From NCBI GenBank assembly GCA_964641225.1, contig CAZXKC010000002.1, forward strand, positions 52,893 to 116,892: 64,000 bases of DNA, in the 5' to 3' direction. A model generated the notes under the pieces. That model was not told where the DNA came from. It saw only the letters and a list, made by a program, of their open reading frames with translations, and did not search any database. The position numbers and the translations under genes were made by a program. This document shows, piece after piece, positions 54,919 through 64,000 of the stretch (positions are counted from its first letter, which is position 1; each line of letters opens with the position of its first letter). Source of the DNA: an uncultured Candidatus Saccharibacteria bacterium. GTDB lineage: Bacteria > Patescibacteriota > Minisyncoccia > UBA6257 > 1-14-0-10-44-23.

Positions 54919-55893
54919 ATGGCCCACATCCCAGTTCTTTTACATGAGGTTCTTGAGGTGCTCAGTCCTAAAGTAGGCGAGCAGTTTGCAGATGGCACAC
55001 TTGGCGCCGGCGGACATGCACGAGAAATATTAATGCGCATAACGCCCGGGGGAACGTTGCTTGCTGTTGATCGCGATACTCGTGCTGTGCAGGCTACGGC
55101 AAAAACGTTGCCGCATGACGCAAAGACGCGAGTGCTCGTAGAGGCCGGAAGCTATGCGCGCATTCCAAAGTTTATGCAGCAATTTGGAATTGCTAAGCTC
55201 GACGGGCTTCTGCTAGATCTTGGTTTTTCATCAGAGCAGATTGTCGGTGGTACGCTCTCAGGTCGCGGGTTTAGTTTTATGACCGACGAGCCGCTGCTGA
55301 TGACCTACGACGATGAAACTCCGCCGTTAGCACAGGTTCTTGCCGAGCTTTCTGTAGCTGATCTGGCCGCAATCATTCGCGAGTATGGCGAGGAGCGCTA
55401 TGCGGACAAGATTGCGCAGAGTATTTTAGAGCGGGCAAAGAGCCAGGGAATTGCAACGACCGGTGCATTGGTTGAAGCGATCAAGGCTGCCGTGCCGAGT
55501 AATTACGAGCAAGGGCGCATTCATCCGGCAACGCGTACGTTTCAAGCGCTACGGATTTATGTAAACAGTGAATTAAAGCAGCTCGAAAATTTGCTCGCAG
55601 AATTGCCAAACATTATGGCGCCAGGGGGTCGAGTGGCGATAATCAGTTTTCACTCACTCGAGGACAGAATCGTGAAGCATTATTTTCAAGATTTTGCGCG
55701 AAATAGGGAAGGGCGTTCGGTGGAAGGAATCTATAACAAGATGAATTCCAAGTCTGGGGAGACACCGAACTCCTTCTCTGCGTCGCGCGACGCAGAACTC
55801 ATAACTAAAAAACCAATCACCGCCTCGGATGCAGAGCTTGCTGTAAATCCGCGCGCGCGTTCGGCAAAGCTCAGGGCAATTACTTTTTTATAA
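54919..55893 (+). CDS. rsmH: 16S rRNA (cytosine1402-N4)-methyltransferase RsmH
   Basis: MAHIPVLLHEVLEVL…DGTLGAGGHA… I chose the internal Met; the ORF-track start at 54883 adds 12 residues. Confidence 0.85.
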   Translation: MAHIPVLLHEVLEVLSPKVGEQFADGTLGAGGHAREILMRITPGGTLLAVDRDTRAVQATAKTLPHDAKTRVLVEAGSYARIPKFMQQFGIAKLDGLLLDLGFSSEQIVGGTLSGRGFSFMTDEPLLMTYDDETPPLAQVLAELSVADLAAIIREYGEERYADKIAQSILERAKSQGIATTGALVEAIKAAVPSNYEQGRIHPATRTFQALRIYVNSELKQLENLLAELPNIMAPGGRVAIISFHSLEDRIVKHYFQDFARNREGRSVEGIYNKMNSKSGETPNSFSASRDAELITKKPITASDAELAVNPRARSAKLRAITFL

Positions 55894-55897
55894 CGCA

Positions 55898-56233
55898 ATG
55901 ACAATTTCTCATTCAAATCCAACGCGATACGCAACCGGTGCCATCAGAATACTGCTTGGTGTCATTGTGATTTCATGTCTTTCCAGCATCTTTTTATATA
56001 ACCGGATGGTGCAGGCGCGTAGGGCCGACAATCAAATTACGAAAGTTGTAGATCAGCTGAAGGTTGAAAATGCGAAATTGAAAAATGATTTATATACGAT
56101 GATTGATGGTCGCTCGCTCACCATGCACGCTGAACGTTTGGGGTATATTAAAGATAGCAATCCGGCCTATATTACGTTTCTTGCTGATGGGTCGGTCCGC
56201 GAGGGAGCTACGGTTTCATTGTTAGAGCGATAA
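55898..56233 (+). CDS. ftsL: FtsL-like cell-division membrane protein
   Basis: TM helix (AIRILLGVIVISCLSSIFLY) followed by a coiled coil (VDQLKVENAKLKNDL). Sits between rsmH and ftsI. Confidence 0.5.
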   Translation: MTISHSNPTRYATGAIRILLGVIVISCLSSIFLYNRMVQARRADNQITKVVDQLKVENAKLKNDLYTMIDGRSLTMHAERLGYIKDSNPAYITFLADGSVREGATVSLLER

Positions 56234-56238
56234 CATAT

Positions 56239-57879
56239 ATGAGAGTTCGTTTTGGTTTACTTGTCGGATGCACGATCTGTGTTTTTTTGTTTCTAGCCGG
56301 TACGCTTTACAATATTCAGGTGCGCCACGCAGATCGGTATGAAGCGCGCGCAAAGGCGCAGCAATTACTTAACAGTGATCTTATACCTGAACGCGGCACT
56401 ATCTCTTTGCTTGATAAAGATGGTAGATCAATTCCGCTTGCAGTCAATCAGGATTACAATATTATTTTTGCCGTACCGAAAGAGATTGATGATACAACAG
56501 AGACTGGTAGCCGTGTTGCTACGCTGCTGGGTCTTGCGCCAGAGACGATTATCGCCAAGTTGAATAAGGCAAGCTCAGGCGCTTTGTATAAGGAGCTTGT
56601 GGTAAAGGCAACCGATAGCGATGCCCGCGCGATTGATGCGGCGGAGATTAAAGGAATTTATACAACTACTAAGCGAGGCCGGCACTATCCGTTTGGTTCG
56701 GTTGCTGCTCAGGTTGTCGGCTTCGTAAGTCAGCCTGACGAGTTGTCGCCATTTACGGGCCAATACGGAATTGAGAAACAATTTGATGCGATGCTGCTCG
56801 GTACGCCGGGCGCTGTGGGTGAGAAGGGGGTGATAACGCCGCCAACTCCCGGTGAAAATATTCAGCTGACTATCGATCAATATGTTCAGCAGCATGCGCA
56901 GGAGATACTCGAGAATTTGGTAAAAGATAAACGAGCTAAAAGCGGATCAATTATTGTTGAGGATCCGGTAACCGGAAAAATTTTAGGACTGACTAATTAT
57001 CCGACCTTTGATCCTAATGAATACGGTAAAAGTCCGCTTGAAGTATTCACCAATCCTGCGGTGCAAGGGTTATATGAACCTGGTTCTGTATTAAAGCCGC
57101 TGACCATGGCGATTGGTATTGATACAGGCGTTATTACCCCAAACACCACGTATTATGATCCGGGTTATTTTACCGCCAATGGCAAAACCATTAAAAATTG
57201 GGATTTGCTTGCACACGGAATGCTGACAATGACCAACGTCATCGAGCAGTCGATTAACACCGGTGTAGTCTTTGTTGAAAAGAAAATCGGACACTCACGG
57301 TTTTATGACTATTTACTGAAATTTGGATTAAAAGATCTGACAGGTATTACGCTGCCGGGTGAGGCGGCAGGTAGGCTCACGCCACTGGAAAAATATCCGC
57401 GTGATATTAACTTTGCAACCGCCTCGTATGGGCAGGGAGTTGCCGTGACGCCGATTCGGATGATCGCTGCTATGTCGGCAATCGCCAATGGCGGCATGAT
57501 GGTGGAGCCATATATTATTGAAGGTGCGCATACGCCGCCGCCACGCACTATTGTGAGTCCGCAAACAGCACGACAGGTAACCGATATGATGGTTTCGGCG
57601 GTAGATAAGGCAAAGGTGGCAGTGATTCCGCAGTACACGGTTGCCGGTAAGACCGGCACTGCATTTGTTCCGGATTTTGTCAGCGGCGGCTATAGCGACA
57701 AGGTTATCAATACCTATATTGGGTTTGCTCCGGCGTATAAACCGCGATTTATTATCCTGATTAAATTAGATCAACCTGAGAATGCGCCACTAGCCGGTAC
57801 GACGGTCGTCCCTGCGTTTCGTGAGTTTGCCGAGTTTTTGCTTAACTACTATACCGTCGCGCCTGATAAAGTTCAGTAG
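56239..57879 (+). CDS. ftsI: Peptidoglycan D,D-transpeptidase FtsI / PBP2-class penicillin-binding protein
   Basis: N-terminal TM helix. Motifs SVLKP (SxxK), SIN (SxN) and KTGTA (KTG). Confidence 0.85.
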   Translation: MRVRFGLLVGCTICVFLFLAGTLYNIQVRHADRYEARAKAQQLLNSDLIPERGTISLLDKDGRSIPLAVNQDYNIIFAVPKEIDDTTETGSRVATLLGLAPETIIAKLNKASSGALYKELVVKATDSDARAIDAAEIKGIYTTTKRGRHYPFGSVAAQVVGFVSQPDELSPFTGQYGIEKQFDAMLLGTPGAVGEKGVITPPTPGENIQLTIDQYVQQHAQEILENLVKDKRAKSGSIIVEDPVTGKILGLTNYPTFDPNEYGKSPLEVFTNPAVQGLYEPGSVLKPLTMAIGIDTGVITPNTTYYDPGYFTANGKTIKNWDLLAHGMLTMTNVIEQSINTGVVFVEKKIGHSRFYDYLLKFGLKDLTGITLPGEAAGRLTPLEKYPRDINFATASYGQGVAVTPIRMIAAMSAIANGGMMVEPYIIEGAHTPPPRTIVSPQTARQVTDMMVSAVDKAKVAVIPQYTVAGKTGTAFVPDFVSGGYSDKVINTYIGFAPAYKPRFIILIKLDQPENAPLAGTTVVPAFREFAEFLLNYYTVAPDKVQ

Positions 57880-57923
57880 CTTTTTTAGAGTCTTTTCGTC
57901 TATTATTGAAGTATAGATAGGGT

Positions 57924-59225
57924 ATGGCAGAACAATCAAAAAAAGCGCTGTTGCGCGTCATTGAGTGGTTGGCGAAAAAAACAGTGGCGCGCTTTAAGCC
58001 TGTTGTAATAGGAGTAACCGGCAGCGTCGGGAAAACCTCGACCGTAGAGGCGATCGCTACTGTGTTAGCTAACAAGAGGCGTATTCGTGCTAGTCATACA
58101 GATTTCAGCGGTGAATACGCGATTCCGCTTGCTGTGCTTGGGGCCTGGCCAGAGGAGGATCTTCAATTAGTTGATCCATGGACTGCTTCGGGCCTCTCGT
58201 CGGGAAAGAGAACGCGTTTTTTGCTGCGCGTTATTATCGTAAGTTTTTTTAAATATATATGCGGGATCAAAAAAATGTACCCCGAGGTATTAGTGTTTGA
58301 ATATGCTTCGCAAAAGCCGGGCGATCTTGCCGCTCAACTGGATATTGTCAGACCAAACATTAGCGTAGTAACGGCTGTTGGAGATGCGCCGGCACACGTT
58401 GAGTCATATGTCTCAGCTGAGGCCGTTGCAAAAGAGAAGGCGCGCCTTGTCGAGTCCTTGCCCGCAAGTGGACTTGCGGTGCTGTGTGGTGATGAATTGC
58501 GCGTCAGCGTGATGGCTCAAAAAACACGCGCAACCGCACTGACATTTGGCTTTGCTGAAAGTTGCGATGTGCGCATTATTGATTTTGAAAACAAGATTGA
58601 GTCGCGCGACGGCCTCCTGAAACCGATCGGCATAACCTTTAAGCTTGGTTATGATGGAGCATTTGTTCCTGTGCGTATTAGCGGTAGTCTTGGATCTCCT
58701 GCCTCCTACGCCGCTGCAGCGGCCGCCTGTGTTGGCTTGGCATTTAATTTAAATCTAGTCGATGTATCGCAGGCGCTCGCATATTACAAACCGCCGGCCT
58801 CACGCATGCAGTTTTTACGCGGTATTCATAATTCTGTGCTTATCGATGACTCCTATGATGCCTCGCCGCTCTCTATGCGTATGGCCATAGAGACGGTCAA
58901 AGAAATTAAAGCAAAGCGGACTATAGCCGTACTCGGCGATATGCGTGAGCTTGGAGAATTTTCACTGCCGGCGCATAAAGAAATTGCCGCATTTGCAGCA
59001 AAAATATTCGATGTGATTGTTGCCGTTGGCCCGCAGGCAACTCAGTTTGCTGAAGCTGCGGTTAAGGCGCGCATACCCAAAAAGAATATTTTTTATGTTA
59101 TTCATGTTGAAGATGCGCTTACGCAACTTCCCGGTCTTATCCAGGCAGGAGATGTAGTGCTTATTAAGGGTGATCGCGCGATGCAACTTGAGAAAGCAGT
59201 TCAGGCGCTGACTCCTAAGATTTAG
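57924..59225 (+). CDS. murF: UDP-N-acetylmuramoyl-tripeptide--D-alanyl-D-alanine ligase
   Basis: Mur ligase P-loop GVTGSVGKTST and the MurF-type DDSYDASP (DDSYNAN) motif. Confidence 0.75.
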   Translation: MAEQSKKALLRVIEWLAKKTVARFKPVVIGVTGSVGKTSTVEAIATVLANKRRIRASHTDFSGEYAIPLAVLGAWPEEDLQLVDPWTASGLSSGKRTRFLLRVIIVSFFKYICGIKKMYPEVLVFEYASQKPGDLAAQLDIVRPNISVVTAVGDAPAHVESYVSAEAVAKEKARLVESLPASGLAVLCGDELRVSVMAQKTRATALTFGFAESCDVRIIDFENKIESRDGLLKPIGITFKLGYDGAFVPVRISGSLGSPASYAAAAAACVGLAFNLNLVDVSQALAYYKPPASRMQFLRGIHNSVLIDDSYDASPLSMRMAIETVKEIKAKRTIAVLGDMRELGEFSLPAHKEIAAFAAKIFDVIVAVGPQATQFAEAAVKARIPKKNIFYVIHVEDALTQLPGLIQAGDVVLIKGDRAMQLEKAVQALTPKI

Positions 59226-59282
59226 GAAGAAAATAGCTTAGCTTGTCTAAAACAGGTAAATTTTGTATTATCTAAGCGTTCT

Positions 59283-59355
59283 GCTCTCATCTTCTAATGG
59301 CTTAGGAAGCGCCCCTCTCACGGGCGAAATCCGGGTTCGATTCCCGGTGAGAGCG
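59283..59355 (+). tRNA. tRNA-Glu (CTC)
   Basis: Acceptor GCTCTCA/TGAGAGC, anticodon stem CGCCC/GGGCG with loop CTCTCAC, T-arm CCGGG-TTCGATT-CCCGG, discriminator G. Confidence 0.8.
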
Positions 59356-59363
59356 CACTGGTT

Positions 59364-59645
59364 TTAAAAAAGGATATAGCTGCTTCCGTTGTCGCTTGAT
59401 ACCGGTATAAGCAAACGTACAACCAAAACAGGTACGACGACTAGTAACGCGAGTAAAAATATTTTTGCATTTGATGCTTGTTGTGCACAGAGTTTTTTGG
59501 CGATAATTGAGCCGGCGATGCTCGTATATAGAAGTGAGATGGGCAAAAAAATGAAGCTTTCCCAGCCACCGAAATACACGCCAATAACAATTGTAAGAAT
59601 GATTGCCGGCGTTAATAGGGTGACGTAGTAATGTTCTGCTTTCAT
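59364..59645 (-). CDS. Small membrane protein
   Basis: 93 aa with three hydrophobic helices. Confidence 0.4.
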   Translation of the reverse strand: MKAEHYYVTLLTPAIILTIVIGVYFGGWESFIFLPISLLYTSIAGSIIAKKLCAQQASNAKIFLLALLVVVPVLVVRLLIPVSSDNGSSYILF

Positions 59646-59652
59646 TATTTGA

Positions 59653-60657
59653 ATGATACCACGAAGGTGGTATGCTTTAATTATGCGATCAAAATCAAAG
59701 TTTTTACACTATCTCGTGTTTTTGTTAGTTGTTTCTGCGGGCGCACTGATTTATTTTCTACATATCTTCTACCCGCATATGTTTGGGCGGCCATCTGCTA
59801 TGCCTGCAGAGCCTGTGAGCATAACTCAAGATTTAGATGCTGTTACGGAATCCGATTTTAAGCCGGTTGCATCTGAAGCGAGTATTTTTGAGAAAGGTAT
59901 ATATGCCGACACGCGAGCTACGGGCTTGACGTTTATGGCCCCAGAAACCTGGAGGCTCGCCGCAACCGAGCAGCGGAGCCGCTTTGAAACACGATCAAGC
60001 CTGCAATCGCCAGACTTTAATCAAATTATTCATGAAGATAGCGATTTTGCGTATGCTGAACTAAAATCCGGAGCTGAAATTACCGTCTCAACGTTTTGGC
60101 TGCCGGGTAGTCAGACTATTGCTGACATTCAAAAATTTAATAGTCTTGGGCGCGATACCGGACCTGTCCTTACTAACGAACAGGTGGTGAGGATTCAAGG
60201 TAAAGATGCGTTGCTGTATGACGGGACGAGTTCGAGTGATAGTTCACTTTGGCACCGCCTCGATATTTTGAATGTATTGCAACAGGGGCCGACTACGACC
60301 ATCAGTTTAGTAGCTACAATTCAGATTCATTACAAAACAGGCGATGGCAAGGCGGTATTTAATACTATTCTTGATACGCTTATTATCAATAATCACTACG
60401 CCGAATGGACAAGGCGAGATGGTACAGTATATTTCCGAGGGGTAGCACTATCACATCTAGACGCAGCTACGTTTGCGATTAATGATCCGGGGTATTACGG
60501 TGAATGTGGTAGCGGGCCGTCTGTTCGCGATAAGAATGGGTACTATATTCCGAAGGATTTTTATCTATACAATTTTAATGATCCGTCCAAATATATATTC
60601 GAACGTGTGACTGAGCAGCAGTTGAAGCAATTTTATGCAGTTGAAGGGTGCGGTTAA
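59653..60657 (+). CDS. Membrane-anchored DKNYY-domain protein
   Basis: N-terminal TM helix (FLHYLVFLLVVSAGALIYFL). C-terminal …DGTVYFRGVALSHLDAATFAINDPGYYGECGSGPSVRDKNGYY…. Confidence 0.55.
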   Translation: MIPRRWYALIMRSKSKFLHYLVFLLVVSAGALIYFLHIFYPHMFGRPSAMPAEPVSITQDLDAVTESDFKPVASEASIFEKGIYADTRATGLTFMAPETWRLAATEQRSRFETRSSLQSPDFNQIIHEDSDFAYAELKSGAEITVSTFWLPGSQTIADIQKFNSLGRDTGPVLTNEQVVRIQGKDALLYDGTSSSDSSLWHRLDILNVLQQGPTTTISLVATIQIHYKTGDGKAVFNTILDTLIINNHYAEWTRRDGTVYFRGVALSHLDAATFAINDPGYYGECGSGPSVRDKNGYYIPKDFYLYNFNDPSKYIFERVTEQQLKQFYAVEGCG

Positions 60658-60661
60658 AATT

Positions 60662-61249
60662 ATGCCCAAAGCAATTATCTTTGATGCAGATGGAGTCTTG
60701 ATAAACGCTGAAAGATTTAGTGCGCAATATCAGCGCGATTTTGGCGTTCCTAACGAAGTAATGCTGCCCTTTTTCCTTGGACCGATGCAGGAGTGTCTGG
60801 TTGGTAAAAAAGATTTAAAACAGGAGATAATGGGCCATCTCAAAGAATGGAAGTGGGAAAAATCAGTAGACGAATTTTTACAGTATTGGTTTAAGGCTGA
60901 GCACAAGCTTAACCAGCCGCTTTTCGATTACATCCAAGGATTAAAGAAGCGTGGCATTATTTGCTGCCTTGGAACAAATAATGAAAAGTATCGGACGCAG
61001 TATATGCTGAATGAAATGGGTTTCAGTAATATTTTTGATAAAGAGCATATATTCTCATCGGCAAACGTTGGGCACAAAAAACCCTCGCAGGATTTTTATG
61101 CTCATGCATGTAATGTATTGAAGTTAAATCCTAGTGAGGTTGATTTCTGGGACGATGATCCAAAGAATATTGAGGGTGCAAAAATGTACGGGTTAAAGGC
61201 CCGTTTATATACCTCATTAGAAGAATTTAAGAAGTGCTATGAGCAATAG
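60662..61249 (+). CDS. HAD-superfamily hydrolase
   Basis: MPKAIIFDADGVL (motif I DxDG) and a C-terminal …FWDDDPKNIEGA (motif IV region). Confidence 0.75.
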   Translation: MPKAIIFDADGVLINAERFSAQYQRDFGVPNEVMLPFFLGPMQECLVGKKDLKQEIMGHLKEWKWEKSVDEFLQYWFKAEHKLNQPLFDYIQGLKKRGIICCLGTNNEKYRTQYMLNEMGFSNIFDKEHIFSSANVGHKKPSQDFYAHACNVLKLNPSEVDFWDDDPKNIEGAKMYGLKARLYTSLEEFKKCYEQ

Positions 61250-61670
61250 GATCCAATTCACCGTTGCTGTTGATTTATTCGTCGTCCGAGACGGAAAGTT
61301 GTTGCTGGGCAAGCGGCAAAATACCTTTGGCGCAGGCTTTTGGGGATTGCCCGGCGGGCATTTGGAAAAAGATGAAACGATTGAACAGGCAGCATTACGA
61401 GAATTAAAAGAGGAGACCGGGCTTACGGCTGCTTCTGCGCAATTTGCCGCTGTGTTTAACAATAACAATAGGGAGGAACCCTATATCCACTTTGGACTAA
61501 TTGCAGTTGGTGTTTCAGGGGAGCCAAAAGTCATGGAGCCAAATAAATTTACAGCCTGGGAGTGGTTTGATTTGAAAGATTTACCAAATAAAGATATTCT
61601 GTGGGTTCACACGCCGCTTATCAAAGCGTTCAAGAAAAAAATCCCGCTCATTGATCATGAAGTTAATTAA
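61239..61670 (+). CDS. NUDIX hydrolase
   Basis: Nudix box GLPGGHLEKDETIEQAALRELKEETGL. Confidence 0.8.
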   Translation: MSNRIQFTVAVDLFVVRDGKLLLGKRQNTFGAGFWGLPGGHLEKDETIEQAALRELKEETGLTAASAQFAAVFNNNNREEPYIHFGLIAVGVSGEPKVMEPNKFTAWEWFDLKDLPNKDILWVHTPLIKAFKKKIPLIDHEVN

Positions 61671-61977
61671 TATTTTATTTCTTATCGCAGTTGTTGTGCT
61701 CGGGGTCGCCGGAGCCTATGCGTATTTTCATTTGTCGCCAACAAACGAGTTGATTTTGCATTTTACGCAGGCCGGCCAGCCGGATTATACCGGGTCGCAG
61801 GTAGACGTAATCGGTGCCGTGGTAACTGGGGGAGTCGTGTTGCTGCTCAATTATTTGCTCGCGCGTTCGCTGTCAAAAAGAGAGGGATTTTTCGCTCTTG
61901 GGCTTAGTATCACTGGCTTAATGGTCGCCCTCTTGCTTTTTGTAGCCGTATTTGTTATTGTAGTCAACAACCAATAA
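61651..61977 (+). CDS. Small membrane protein
   Basis: 108 aa with three TM helices. Confidence 0.45.
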   Translation: MIMKLINILFLIAVVVLGVAGAYAYFHLSPTNELILHFTQAGQPDYTGSQVDVIGAVVTGGVVLLLNYLLARSLSKREGFFALGLSITGLMVALLLFVAVFVIVVNNQ

Positions 61978-62004
61978 AAGTCCTTTGAGGCATTTTTTAT
62001 TTAT

Positions 62005-62313
62005 ATGTTCGCAGTAATTCACACAGGAGGAAAGCAATATCGCGTGCAGCCGGGTGACAAGCTCAAAATTGAGAAACTGCCAGGCGTAGCAGGTGACACA
62101 GTAACCTTTGACCAGGTATTTTTGACCGTTGATGGTGAGGCTATGAAGCTCGGTACTCCGGTTGTTGCCGGTGCAGCCGTTTCAGCCAAGATCGTTCAGC
62201 AGGGTCGTCACGATAAAGTGATCGTCTTCAAGTACAAGAGCAAGACCCGCCGCCGCACAAAGAACACTCACCGTCAGCCGTTTACGGAGGTGGAGATTAC
62301 GGGGATCAAATAG
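62005..62313 (+). CDS. rplU: 50S ribosomal protein L21
   Basis: MFAVIHTGGKQYRVQPGDKLKIEKL. Confidence 0.9.
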   Translation: MFAVIHTGGKQYRVQPGDKLKIEKLPGVAGDTVTFDQVFLTVDGEAMKLGTPVVAGAAVSAKIVQQGRHDKVIVFKYKSKTRRRTKNTHRQPFTEVEITGIK

Positions 62314-62319
62314 TTTTTA

Positions 62320-62347
62320 CAAAAATCGCCTTCGGGCGATTTTTGGT
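62320..62347 (+). terminator. Rho-independent terminator
   Basis: caaaaatcgccttcgggcgatttttgg. Confidence 0.65.
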
Positions 62348-62426
62348 TGACGAACTACAATTTTTTGCGTATGAATAGTGGTGCGGTGTGTAGCCGCAAC
62401 ATCTTCATAAACAAACGAGGTGTCCA

Positions 62427-63446
62427 GTGACTAGGATCCGTGGCGTGGACTTCGGGCCGGTCTGGGGCGCTTCGGGCGTCCAGAAGTTCTTCGGTGACTC
62501 GTGGCCGCATCATGAGCGCTTCAAGAGGTGGTTCCCCAAGGGCTTTGACATGACGGGCATGACTTTTGTCGCCAAGACCATGACGACAAAGGCGCTCAAG
62601 GGAAACATGCCCAGTGACGACCAGGACAATCCTTACGAGGCAAGGCCCCGGTGCGTCGTCGTCAACCCGCTCTCATTTCTTCGCGGAGTGGCGCTTAACG
62701 CTGTCGGTCTGACAAACCGCGGCGCGCGAGCCCTGTTCGCAGATGGGCGGTGGCATGAGCGGACCGAGCCCTTCTTCATTTCGTTTGCCCCACAGGGCAA
62801 GACGCTGTCGGCGAAGATCGAAGACGCCAGGGAGTTCATTCGTATCTGTCAGTTCTGCCTTCCGTTCCATGTTCCGGCCGGTCTTCAGCTCAACCTCTCT
62901 TGTCCCAACACCGGAGAGAATGTCAGCGACAGCGGACCGCTGGTGAATGAGGCGCTCGCTCTTCTGGACGAGTTCAAGGTTCTTTCGGTTCATCTGCGGA
63001 TCGTCGTGAAGATCAACGTCCTGATGCCTGCAGAGGCGGCGAGGCGAATCTCGCTGCACATTGCTTGTGACGGGCTTTGCATTTCCAACACGATTCCGTG
63101 GGAGGCATTGCCAAGTCTTGGTATCAATCGGTTCCTGCTGTTCGGAACAACAACTTCTCCGCTGCGCAAGCGGGGATTTGAACAGAGCGGTGGACTTTCC
63201 GGAAAACCGCTTCTCCCTCTAGTAGAACGTTGGGTGCGTCATGCGCGCAGCGTCGGCGTCCTCAAACACATCAACGCTGGAGGCGGCATCCTGTCGCCAA
63301 GTGATGTCTACCGCCTCAAGGATGCGGGAGCCGATAGCGTTTCGCTCGGAGTCATCACCATGCTCCGTCCCTGGCGTGTACAGGAAACAATTCGCGCCGC
63401 GCATCAAGTGTTTGATGGCAGTTGTTGGTGTCCCGGTCCGCACTAG
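62427..63446 (+). CDS. Dihydroorotate-dehydrogenase-family (PyrD-like) TIM-barrel flavoenzyme, GC-rich
   Basis: RBS gaggtg, then GTG. DHOD-family motifs NLSCPNTGE, SGGLSGKPLLPL and NAGGGI. GC content is about 60% against the ~47% flanks. Confidence 0.65.
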   Translation: MTRIRGVDFGPVWGASGVQKFFGDSWPHHERFKRWFPKGFDMTGMTFVAKTMTTKALKGNMPSDDQDNPYEARPRCVVVNPLSFLRGVALNAVGLTNRGARALFADGRWHERTEPFFISFAPQGKTLSAKIEDAREFIRICQFCLPFHVPAGLQLNLSCPNTGENVSDSGPLVNEALALLDEFKVLSVHLRIVVKINVLMPAEAARRISLHIACDGLCISNTIPWEALPSLGINRFLLFGTTTSPLRKRGFEQSGGLSGKPLLPLVERWVRHARSVGVLKHINAGGGILSPSDVYRLKDAGADSVSLGVITMLRPWRVQETIRAAHQVFDGSCWCPGPH

Positions 63447-63513
63447 CTCAAGTCAAGACCCGTCTGACGGTCTCTCAAGGAGAGGCTCGTCGCAAGGCGG
63501 GTCTCTCTCTATT

Positions 63514-64000
63514 TTAGTTTCGATTCTTTAGTGCAGCGCTTAGCGTGTCTTCATCCGCGAATTCAATTTCTCCACCTGTCGGAATACCGCGGGCGAGGCG
63601 GGTGATTTTTTCAGAAACTCCTTTGAGCTGTCCGGCGACTACTTCGGCGTTGAGGTCGCCATAGGTTGTTGGCGAAAAGCCGATGATAACCTCCTTAAGT
63701 AACGTACTATCTTTTAACACTGCAAGTCGGCGTTTGTGATCCGCAGTTAAAATGCCATCTTTGGGTAGATCGCCGAGTACGAGGTAGCGGCCCTTGAAGG
63801 CTTTTGTTTTTTCAATCGTAAGCACATCAGTTTCTTTTTCAACGATCGCAACGATTGTTTGATCGCGGCGCGGGTTGGTACAGATCGTGCACTTTCCTGA
63901 TTCGAGCGTATCAATTCTAAAACACTGCGTGCAGCGTTTTAGAATTGCCATCTCAGCAATTGTTTTTGCCAGTTCCTGCGCCTCAACCGCAGGCATCCCG
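63514..64000 (-). CDS. recR: Recombination protein RecR, N-terminus beyond the window end
   Basis: C4 zinc finger CTQCFRIDTLESGKCTICTNP and a Toprim domain (…VVTADHKRRLAV…). The HhH region must lie upstream of base 64000. Confidence 0.8.
   Translation of the reverse strand, partial: GMPAVEAQELAKTIAEMAILKRCTQCFRIDTLESGKCTICTNPRRDQTIVAIVEKETDVLTIEKTKAFKGRYLVLGDLPKDGILTADHKRRLAVLKDSTLLKEVIIGFSPTTYGDLNAEVVAGQLKGVSEKITRLARGIPTGGEIEFADEDTLSAALKNRN

Noticed and set aside
1-64000. CRISPR arrays, rRNA genes, IS or transposase genes
   Set aside because: No regularly spaced direct repeats and no DDE, HUH or serine-recombinase-like ORFs were seen. The only recombinase is XerC-like.

Overview
This 64 kb window reads as a reduced-genome, CPR/Patescibacteria-like bacterium, inferred from gene content alone: a type IV pilin with the GFTLLE motif, a tandem array of small TrbC/VirB2-like (T4SS-pilin-like) secreted proteins, a minimal dcw cluster (mraZ-rsmH-ftsL-ftsI-murF), short SMC and ThrRS, and many small membrane proteins.

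The housekeeping backbone is roughly 45-50% GC. Genes recognised from motifs are:
- an M23 peptidase carrying a frameshift
- a PAP2 phosphatase and a metzincin-type metalloprotease
- a repeat-rich cell-wall-binding surface protein
- an ATP-grasp ligase
- HU, a GIY-YIG protein and RNase Y
- gpmI, rmuC, an MNT-type nucleotidyltransferase and a XerC-like recombinase
- gyrA, thrS and dnaE
- rpmF (missed by the ORF track), nusB, rnc and smc
- rpsP, a KH protein and trmD
- rplJ-rplL behind a consensus promoter and L10-type leader
- a class-I GATase carrying a frameshift
- the dcw genes behind a sigma70 promoter with three 10-bp-spaced GTGG(G/A)GA MraZ-type repeats
- a DKNYY protein, HAD, NUDIX, rplU and a partial recR

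Five tRNAs are present: Arg-GCG (unusual anticodon), Gly-GCC, Leu-TAG, Val-CAC and Glu-CTC.

Interspersed among these are roughly ten GC-rich islands (about 57-62% GC) that carry strong GGAGG-type RBSs and mostly encode small secreted or membrane proteins of unknown function; one carries a pyrD-like gene and one a multi-HTH regulator.

The most unusual signal is a GC-rich structured-RNA-like element of about 200-250 nt, present in two diverged copies (5792-6044 and 22211-22412, opposite orientations). Compensatory base changes across at least three helices argue for selection on RNA structure. I cannot assign it to any known RNA family from sequence alone.

Other notable items:
- a six-gene minus-strand operon of T4SS-pilin-like paralogs plus an orphan SBP-like protein
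- a 42-bp perfect palindrome between a toxin-type NTase gene and the xerC-like / tRNA-Leu pair
- a 5' tRNA-Arg fragment duplicated 147 bp upstream of the intact tRNA
- near-identical terminator hairpins flanking one island gene
- a roughly 460-bp GC-rich non-coding block

No CRISPR array, rRNA or obvious transposase was seen.
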